This document shows positions 54,739-64,000 of a DNA stretch of 64,000 nucleotides, piece after piece. The first letter of the stretch is position 1. Every line of letters starts with the position of its first letter. This DNA is from Eledone cirrhosa (taxonomy: Eukaryota): NCBI GenBank assembly GCA_964016885.1, contig OZ024742.1, positions 230,082,001 to 230,146,000 of the forward strand, in the 5' to 3' direction. The notes beneath the pieces are model-generated. The model did not search any database. It saw nothing but the letters and a program-made list of their open reading frames with translations, and was not told the origin of the DNA. The position numbers were made by a program, and so were the translations under genes.

Positions 54739-56309
54739 TAGACGAATACTACTCTTCCATCTCACCAAGCACTTTACGTAAGGCCCTATCGTTTGCTAAG
54801 GCCAATTCCGACCTAACGGAGGAAGAAATTAATATTATTCTCGAGGCTAGAAAAACCATTATTAAATTCGATAACTGCTACTGGGAACGTAAGGACAGAC
54901 CCACAAATTTCGATATTACCATGGGTTCCAACGACTCGGCGGAGGTCACGGATCTCGTGGGAATTTACATAGCCCACATATTACATAGTAGATTTAGTAA
55001 TCTACAGGGGGGGATATATAGAGATGACGGGCTCTTATTAGTTAATAACTTGAATAACCAAAATCTTGAAAGGCTACGAAAAAATATTAGAAAATCTTTT
55101 AGTGAACTGGGCCTAAAAATAACATACGAATACAATCTTAAGGTAGTAAACTTTCTGGACGTAACTCTTAATTTAAATACCGGACAGATACGACCCTTCC
55201 ACAAGGTAAATGAGAACCTTACGTATATTAACTTTAACTCTAACCACCCACTCTCCATGATCAAATCAGTTCCCCGGAGTATTTCTCTTAGAATCTCTCG
55301 CCTATCGTCTAACTCTGATATTTTTAGCGAACATGCTGAATACTACAATAATGCATTAAGGAATGCTGACCACCGGGATACAATAAAATACATCGATAGT
55401 AATTTCCACAACACACATAGCTCTACACGTAATCAAGGTATACGTAACCGGGGGACTAAAACACAAGCACACACACACTATACTACCAGACATACTAATA
55501 ATAGAAGTTCACCACCAACTAAATCACGTTGTAGAAAGTATATCTGGTATAATCCTATTTTTAATGCCTCGATTAGTACAAAACTATCTCTTTCATTCTT
55601 CAAATTAATCAATAAACACTTCCCTAGTTCCCATAAGTACAGCAAAATTCTGAACTCCAAAACTATTAGACTATCATACTCCACGGCACCAAACCTTGAA
55701 GCATACATAAAAAAACTTAACTTAAGGCAATTAAACAACTCTACAAAACAAAACATTTTAGTAATAGGTGGACAGAACGCAATATCTGCCTCCCAACCAC
55801 TAAATGGGAGACGGATATTGCACAACCCACCTGTACCGCTATCACAACCTATCCATGGTATACCCGCTACCCACAACAAAGCATGTAACTGCCATCTACC
55901 TGAAAGATGTCCATTGCGGAATGAATGCCTAAAGTCCAACATTGTTTACCAATGCACGGTTGAATCGGACGACCAGAAATGGTATTATATCGGATCTACC
56001 ACCACATCGTTTAAATCTCGCTGGTACCGTCATCGATTCTCAATCAAACATCAGAATCACCGTTTTGTGACCACGCTCGCCAACAAGACCTGGCAACTCC
56101 GTGAACACAACCAACAGTTCACCTTAAAATGGGATATACTTTCCAGCGCAAATGCATATCGGAGTGGTTTGAAGTACTGCAGGTTATGTAACCTTGAGCT
56201 ATTTTACATACTAAAATCCAAAAACAAACTACTTAACGATAGAATTGAACGATCATTATACTGCAACCACAAACTAAAAGCTAAATTCTCTCACTATAAA
56301 ATAACTTAA
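54738..56309 (+). CDS. 5'-truncated, stop-free PLE RT-thumb-GIY-YIG ORF
   Basis: IDEYYSSI, FDITMGSNDSAEV, YRDDGL, VNFLDV, SNHP, IWYNP, CNC..CPL..CL..IVYQC, YYIGST..FKSRW, CRLCNLE. Confidence 0.88.
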   Translation: MDEYYSSISPSTLRKALSFAKANSDLTEEEINIILEARKTIIKFDNCYWERKDRPTNFDITMGSNDSAEVTDLVGIYIAHILHSRFSNLQGGIYRDDGLLLVNNLNNQNLERLRKNIRKSFSELGLKITYEYNLKVVNFLDVTLNLNTGQIRPFHKVNENLTYINFNSNHPLSMIKSVPRSISLRISRLSSNSDIFSEHAEYYNNALRNADHRDTIKYIDSNFHNTHSSTRNQGIRNRGTKTQAHTHYTTRHTNNRSSPPTKSRCRKYIWYNPIFNASISTKLSLSFFKLINKHFPSSHKYSKILNSKTIRLSYSTAPNLEAYIKKLNLRQLNNSTKQNILVIGGQNAISASQPLNGRRILHNPPVPLSQPIHGIPATHNKACNCHLPERCPLRNECLKSNIVYQCTVESDDQKWYYIGSTTTSFKSRWYRHRFSIKHQNHRFVTTLANKTWQLREHNQQFTLKWDILSSANAYRSGLKYCRLCNLELFYILKSKNKLLNDRIERSLYCNHKLKAKFSHYKIT

Positions 56310-56802
56310 CATTCGAACCCGTAACTACAACACCACTTTCTAGCTAACAACCTTCTCTTCTCCCCCACACTACAAGACAATACACTGCTTATCACTATAC
56401 ATGGTAACTCAGTACAATTCCTAGATTACTACTACAAAACCAAAAGTTCACTCACCACATATACTTTATCTGTCCCCTCTCTACCTATATATCTCTCTCT
56501 ACATCCATTACACTCTCTCTCTCTCACCTTTGACCTACCTCCCTCTCAACATCTATGAACTTGACCTCTGGGGCAATAAATAATTCCGACCTCAACTATC
56601 TACGCATCTCTCCAAAAGTAACTAATAAAACCCCTACCATATCATTTTGATTAAGATATCTACAAGCCACTCTCTCCTACTTCTCCAACCCCTGCATATC
56701 TTTCCTTCTCTCTCCATCTTCCCTACTTTTCTCTCTTCCTGTTCCACTCTATCTTCCCCAACAACCCCACTTAAGGGTTTTTACATTGTATATTTACCAT
56801 TC

Positions 56803-56914
56803 TGCTCTGAGGAAACAGTGGTCACAGCATTGGATATTCGAGTTCTGCAAATACTTGTGAATTTGCACGTAGCGGAACTAGGCTGCAGTACCACCGTGGA
56901 AACACTTGTAAGCA
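56803..56914 (+). ncRNA. Type I hammerhead ribozyme with 85 nt stem II
   Basis: TGCT-CTGAGGA-AACAGTGGT...ACCACCGTG-GAAA-CACTTG-TA-AGCA. Confidence 0.78.
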
Positions 56915-57106
56915 CACGGAATAAACTACCTTTTTATGATGTCTACCTGTTATTATTCATTCTTTATATACACTCCGGAATACTGAAGGATCAGGAACTA
57001 AGTTTCTTGAACAATTCTTCCATAACTCGTAGAGTAACCTCTTACCGTACGTCAACCATATCCAGTGTAGTAATTAACCATCACTGCATCTTGGATAATC
57101 CTATAC

Positions 57107-57151
<45 letters not shown>

Positions 57152-57498
57152 ATTAGAATTGGTGCTAGAAATAGCGATATATATATAAATGTATATATAT
57201 AGTGTATTTTGCACTACACTGTATGCTTAATTAAAAGCATTTCGAAGACTTTGCGCTATTGTTTTAGAGTAGGTACAGTCTCACTTACTTTGAATTTTCA
57301 GCAAATAGGGGAGATAAAGCTGACAGAGCTCTGTTTCGTACTGATTGGTACTTATCAGAGCCAATATATATATATATATATATATTCGTGTACAGATATT
57401 TTTGCATACACAATAACAAAATATAAAGAAACGTATTTATATCACGAGGCTCGATAAGGATAAATATATATCAAATATATAAGAGCCCTAGAGCAAAT

Positions 57499-57526
57499 CC
57501 CTAGCAACGTTGGGCCATTCTGCTAG
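57499..57526 (+). mobile_element. Helitron 3' terminus
   Basis: CCCTAGCAACGTTGGG hairpin plus CCATTCTGCTAG|T, resembling the end at 21031-21058. Confidence 0.65.
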
Positions 57527-57835
57527 TATATATATAAAATACACATAAATATGTGAATGCAGATAAATACACATAAATATACATAAATATGTTAATAAAT
57601 AAATCAATGCATGTCTACACATAGACATGTATACATACATACATGAATATGAATATACAAGATTCAATTTATACACACATATATACGAGCGGCGTGTGTG
57701 TGTAGGGTTACTGTGGTGATAGTGGTGTGAGGAGGGAGGAATGGTAGTCTAGTATGAAGCAATGTAGTTTAGAATTAAAGAATAATTGTGTATATTGCAG
57801 GTTATATGAAATATATAATTATAGAAGATATATAC

Positions 57836-57993
<158 letters not shown>

Positions 57994-58363
57994 ATGTGTG
58001 TGTGTATTGTATGTGTATGTCTATATATATATCTTTAACATCTTTTATAACTTTATATATATATATTAACAATATTGGCAACATGACAATCTCCAAATAT
58101 AACAATGCACACATACACACACCACCACCATATGTATACACACACACACACACAGATATATATATACATATGATAATAATGGAGCTGCGGCGCTTCAAAT
58201 GGGTTACATATGAAAAAGTTTGTCCTCATCAGTGGCCTTCCAACCGTCGTAGGCATTCCGTCGCATTAAAGGCCATATACTTCAGGGGTTGCGAGCAACG
58301 GCTAAAAAAAGTCGTTAGGTCACGTAAATAAGGGGGACGCTAGGGTAAACAAACAAAATGGTT

Positions 58364-58407
<44 letters not shown>

Positions 58408-58412
<5 letters not shown>

Positions 58413-60215
58413 AGATCAAAAGATGGTTAAAAGAGTTCCATGTATTTTATTATGCGCATTTCAAAAACAAATATCATCATGAGATGACATTTGCGTTTTC
58501 GTCAGATAAAATAGGGAGACATGATATGACGGTTAAAAAACACTTGTGAATAGTGCAGCTTTAAATCAACTTATGAAAAGTGATTTAAGATTGATGTGTG
58601 ATATTGTGGAAAAATGAGGGGGGGTGAGAAAGGATGAAAAAAAGGAGGAGATGAGAGTAAAGAATGGTGGGGGAGGAGTATAATAAGGAAGGATGAGATA
58701 GGAGGAGAGATGGGTGATAGAAAGAGAGATATCTGAGAAAAATATATATTGTTTCACAGAGAGAGGTTAAAAAGCCGTTGGAAGATAATATAAAAGAATT
58801 TTAGAAAATTGATGAAGAGAAAAAATTAAGAATAATATTAAATTAAGGTTTATATAATATACAATGTTGAAAAGTTTAATAATATATGCGATGAAAAGAA
58901 ATTGTTAATATGTATTATTAAAATAGGTAAAGGAATTGGTATCAGTTATAACTTTATATTCATAGACTAAGTTTTTTTCAAACAATGCTTGTTGAGAGGA
59001 CATTTATTTTTAACAGGGCAACATAGTTAACCTTAATATTATTAAGAACAATATACGTGATCTCTTTAACCAACATAACTTAAAAATTGAATTTGATAAT
59101 AACGTCAAACTAGCTAACTTCTTGGATATATCCCTTATTCTTGACAAAGGCCTATATTACCCTTACGATAAAAACAATGAGAATCTAAATTATGTTAATT
59201 TTAAATCTAACCACCCCACTAACATTAAAAATGCTATAGTTAGTAATATTGGAAAAAGAATATCAAACCTATCATCTAATAAAAAATATCTTTGATGTTA
59301 ACGCCAATTACTATAATAACGCGCTTTCTAAAGCCGGTTATCCTTATGAAATCAAATACAGTACATCCTAGAAGATCTTACAGTAAAATAATTAATTATG
59401 ATCATACCGATAACTTTAATAAAAGACCTAGGATACAAAAATATAATCTGGTATAATGCTCTCTATTTCCATTAATAATAATATTCCTAAATTATTCTTT
59501 AGTGCCTTAAATAAATGCTTCCCTCCCTCACATATTTATAGTAAAATATTTAACAAACATACAATAACATTTTCCTATTCCACCTCCTCCAGCATCTCCA
59601 ACATTATCTCTAAACACAACAATAAAATATTAAATACTAAATCACTTCCTTCCAACACTGAATGTCATAATAATAGCAGTAGTACTCCCGACGTCATTGT
59701 TAACTCTAGGCTAGTTTCTGCAAACCCAAATACGACGTCAAACGTAACTTCGTCAAATGTTCTTAATACCAATCTAAATCAGGAAACTATTATTCCTATC
59801 GTAAATAACTTCTCCAATCCAGTTCCTCCTATAGATAACACTAGGTCACTTGTTAATAACTCTGTTAATTTCTCTAATCACAATTGTTATTGCCCTGTTA
59901 AAAATAAATGTCCTCTCAACAACCATTGTCTTGAAAAAAACTTACTCTATGAATGTAAAGTTATAACTGATACCAATTCCTTTACCTATTTTGGCTCCAC
60001 TTCCACCTCCTTCAAAGCCCGTTTTTATAATCACAATTCTTCTTATAAATACCAACTTAAAAGAACCAAGACGGCACTCTCAGAACTCATATGGTCCTTG
60101 AAAGACAAAAATATTAACTATAACATCTCTTGGAGGAAAGTTTGTTCTGCCTCTCCCTACTTGAATGCCCCCCTATCCAGAACGTGTAATCATTGTTTAT
60201 GTGAGAAATGTACAT
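58408..60215 (+). mobile_element. Rearranged Naiad-type PLE, same family as 1118-3435
   Basis: Inverted pLTR at 58408-58925, inverted GIY-YIG piece at about 58925-59022, then plus-strand NFLDI..SNHP..IIWYN..CPLNNHCL..YFGSTSTSFKARF..CNHCLCEK. Confidence 0.88.
58443..58513 (-). ncRNA. Canonical type I minimal hammerhead ribozyme
   Basis: Reverse strand: TATTTTAT-CTGACGA-AAACGCAAATGTCATC tcat GATGATATTTGTTTTT-GAAA-TGCGCA-TA-ATAAAATA. Confidence 0.85.
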
Positions 60216-60993
60216 AAGGTTCTTTTTTATATGTTTCTTGTTTGTCTTCATTGAAGGTCAGTAGCAGTAGCTCATTGAAGACTTTCCTATACCTATGTTC
60301 ACGGGAGACATGTTTATCTATTGGTTCTCAAACATTGTTGCCTATGCTAGACTTCACTGCTTTCACGTATATTTTGAGTGATGCTGCATATAGTTAATTT
60401 TATCTCTGAAGAAGCTATCTTCAAGTCTTTTGTTACAGTATTGCTTAGCACTATGAGATATCACCTAAATATAGTTTCAATAAAACTGAAAAACAAAAGA
60501 AAATTCATCCATGATCTTGTTTACATTAATTATATTTGAGAATTAGATATCGATTACTAGCTAAGGCAGTAAAACTATTCCATCTTTGTTGGCGAGAATC
60601 ACCTTTGAATTGAAATTTAAGAAAGAATTGTTACATAATTCCATGTAAATGGTGTGTAATTTGAGAAGATTGACACTTTTACCTTGGTTCAAGCTAAATG
60701 TGAAACGGTATATATATATATAAAAACTAATAGTTTATCGGTTTACATGGCTGAACACAATAAATGCAATCTGAGTTTTTCGAGTATTAATAATAATATT
60801 CGATTCATTTGCAGTTATACAAACAGCCTCTTTAAGCTAATGTCAGTAGAATGACTCCATCATTCTTGCTCTTGTGTTGGCATGTAAACATAACAGCAAG
60901 AACGACGACATCATTCTACTGACATTGCTTAAAGAGGCTGTTTGCATAACTACAGACGAATCGAATATTATTATTAATATTCGAAAAACCCAA

Positions 60994-61034
<41 letters not shown>

Positions 61035-61139
61035 TGAGTGTGTGTGCGCGCGCGTGCGTAGGCGCGTGTGTGTCCAAGTGTGTATGCGTATGTATGTGCG
61101 TGTGCCTGTGTGTGTATATATATATTCGCACATCTAGAA

Positions 61140-62240
61140 TATCATCATATCCGTCAAATAACTAAAAAACATGACACACTCCGCTCCCTGGCTACAGTCA
61201 ACATATACACCCACCTCACTTCCAGCCCTTAATCCTTTATCCCGTTGGCTTCAACTCACTCTTTCGTCATCCCCACCTCGACTTCTCTCCTCACCAATGT
61301 CTCCTCACACGCCACACTTAACACCGCAACCCTTCCACTCCCACTAGTTTCTCTCCTTCAACGTACCTTCCATATGGTTGCCATCCTACGCCATGACATG
61401 CCACTATCCGAAGCTGAGCGCTTAATCCTCGCGAGGGGTCAGCGCTACATACCCACCACATACGCATGTGACGAGTCGGATCACGTGCTGAGGTTGAGCG
61501 GTTCTTACGCCGTCTTAGGCTTCTTGAATGTTTTTATAATAGACCATCATCGGCCCAAACACACTGTTTCACAAGTCTCAGCCGCCGAAAATCAGTATAC
61601 GCCGAACTGTAGGCAGTTCAGCTCCCTTTATACATTTGTAGAAACGTACTTTGTCGACCTACTTTCAACTGTTTCAATTTCCAGAAGTTCTCAGGCTGAA
61701 CTCCCCACTCTTTGCAGCCTACAGAGTCGCGATGATGTTGTCAACAAACCCGCTGATAAAGGTGGTGTCGTGGTGGTATGGCGCGCCGACCTGTACAGGA
61801 CTGAAACACTCCACCAACTTCACAATACCAATTTTTACTGTCTTTATCTTCTGACCCCACCATAGACTACCAACAGCTCGTGTCCTCAACCATCCATCCA
61901 CAAATTTCTTCCTCTATCTTACCTTCAACTGCTACTGATCTTATAGTACACACCTCTCGTACTCCCACCATCTACTTCCTCGTCAAGATACACAACCCCG
62001 ATATTCCCGAACAACCTATCGTTTCAGCGTGTATCTGCCATACCTAAATAATCTCCCAATATCTTGACACCTTACTCGCCCCCACCCCTTGTAACTGATC
62101 TACAACATTAATCATACCTTTCGTTTATTTGACTCTTTGTCCTTCGTTTCTGGACCCTCCCGCCTTCTCTTTACACCGTCATTCCTCACGATGACGGCCT
62201 GGGTGCTCTGTGCCTTGCTTAGCTTGTTCTTACTCTTAAT
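61140..62240 (+). pseudogene. Decayed PLE N-terminal/RT-start region
   Basis: LSEAERLILARG..YIPT and DDVVNKPADKGGVVVVW, with downstream RTPTIYFLVKIHNP..PIVS. Confidence 0.8.
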
Positions 62241-62256
62241 GTTTTTTTTTATTTTT

Positions 62257-62422
62257 ACAAGGCCAGCAATTACCCAGTACATTACTGGTACTTTATTTTA
62301 TCGACCCCGTATGGATGAACGGCAAAGTTAACCTCGGCGGGATTTGAACTCAGATCATAAAGGGACGTAACTCTGTTGGAAAACTTGTCAGACCCTCTAC
62401 CGAAACTGCCAATTCACCGCCC
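62257..62422 (-). mobile_element. tRNA-derived SINE
   Basis: Close inverted homolog of 35016-35203. Confidence 0.85.
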
Positions 62423-64000
62423 TTGAAGATCATAATAATGATCCATGTAATATATATGATAGTTAACAGAAACGAAAATGACTTTTTTTTTCGTTATGAA
62501 TATTATCTCAATATGTAATTACATTTATTCCAGTTTGAAACATTTCCTTTATAGCAATATAATGTCTATTGCTCTTGATATTTTTTAAGCATGTTCAGTA
62601 TTTTTTAATATTACATTTCCATCCTCTTGGTCTCGGTGCCATTGCAATTTTATTCTTAACACCTCTATGTCGTTCGTATAATTCTTATGAAATAAGTTTT
62701 GTACAATTTATTTTTCTGACCAAATGATAAAGAAATACATCGTTTTCAAATAGTAAACTAATAGGTAGGGATATCATTTCCTCGGCAGCAACCTAATATA
62801 GCTTCACGTGCATTGGAATTCTGTTTGTGGACCCGATTTGTGCAGTAATTTTACAATTTTGTCAAATATAGCATGCGCCTAATAGGATACGTAATAGCTA
62901 AAATACTCATGCACGCACAAGATGTAAAAAACTATCCATTATAAATGATTCTCTTAGAAAAAGAGTATCAAACCTTGAATCATGGTACCAGATTTGAAGA
63001 TTTTTCCAGTTCCAAATTCTCTTGAAAATAAACCCTGACTCAGTAAATATCTTAACTACTATTATAGTGACATACAGAAACAAAATGTCAGACCCAAGTA
63101 TATAAAAAGAATCGTTACCAAACATATAACTACAGAGTAATGAAACCGCCTACAGCCGAAATTCACTGCCTATCTCTGTATAATATAATACTTCCAGAAC
63201 TTTTTCGAATCGTCAAGGAATATAAACATTGTTTACTTATAATTCTAAAAGTAATATAGTCCCATCAAAACCAAAATGAAAGCCCTGCTATATTTTGTCT
63301 ATTCAGAATCTCCACGTAGAATTACGTATCAAATGTAAGCTTGTGTAATAATCTTTTGGTCAACATGCAATACATTTTCGATTCTTCATTCAACGACACA
63401 TGAAGGTGAAGTGATTTACTATTGAAGATCTATTTTTGTAAGCGTTGTTTCGACTTGTAATTTCTCAAGAAAATAGGAAGTGTCCATAACAATTTTCAGG
63501 GGACTCCAAGACTGGTGATATGATGTGATATTGACCAAATTCTTGCCGCAGACAAGAATTACTATAGGCGTCATGGTAATAAAAAGTGGTGCAGAGTGGG
63601 TCCTCTATTTAGAATTACACTTTATATCTATACTTAGTTCGGAACTTAATATGTATCGAGTACTACGTTGATTGGCGGTTTACCGTGTAGATGTTGAATT
63701 TAGCTGGGTGGTTGCAGCGTTGGATAAAATAAAGTTTCCGCGCCTTAAATCCCGGCGTGTCTTCTTTGCCTTTCCTCTTTTCGCAATCGATAAACAACGC
63801 ACAGCTCCAATATGGCTGCAAGCATCTAACTGCCTGATTACAACCGGGGTGATCTAGTGATTCAATATGATTTCATGCACATTTAACGCCATTAACTAAT
63901 GTATAGTGCACGCTAGCAAATAATCTGCAAATGTTGGTAACGTCTGTAGTTTTAGAGTTTATAGCAAGAGACACAATGTATGATAGAAATGGATATAGAT

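Larger units (their letters stand above)
54565..57110 (+). mobile_element. Penelope-like element (Naiad-type) with inverted partial 5' pLTR and 3' pLTR plus tail
   Basis: 54565-54736 is the reverse complement of 56803-56970; uninterrupted ORF between them. Confidence 0.92.

Noticed and set aside
54738-56309. Selenocysteine recoding, reported for some Naiad PLEs
   Set aside because: Zn-ligand positions in the Naiad-type ORFs here are Cys codons. The stop in the 46.6 kb PLE is TAA, not TGA.
58180-58290. Minus-strand CTGATGAG with a TGGCCTT/AAGGCCA hairpin
   Set aside because: No consistent three-way junction could be closed.

Overview
AT-rich eukaryotic (metazoan) DNA made almost entirely of (TA)n/(CA)n/(GA)n/(TTA)n microsatellites and nested mobile elements. 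The repeat content is cephalopod/Octopus-like, which is an inference only. No host gene exon could be supported. Recognisable elements: five coding Penelope-like retroelement (PLE) bodies or fragments with RT and/or GIY-YIG, a decayed PLE N-terminus and many solo or inverted pseudo-LTRs (pLTRs); an R4/Dong-type RT-REL LINE sitting in (TAA)n; a CR1/L2-group APE fragment; three RTE-clade LINE remnants, one with a 5' inversion; a head-to-tail Helitron array containing a broken Rep/PIF1 gene; further non-autonomous Helitrons; tRNA-type SINEs; a Tc1-type MITE; and a Tc1 transposase relic. The strongest non-coding signal is 18 type I hammerhead ribozyme (HHR) motifs read by eye on both strands. They come from about 12 pLTR families and include non-canonical cores (U3:A8, C4/U6, G15.1) and 50-85 nt stem II extensions. 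Also seen are a ~680 bp foldback with one HHR per strand and a candidate HDV-like ribozyme at the shared 5' end of a repeat. All RNA structures are manual base-pairing calls, neither computed nor tested.
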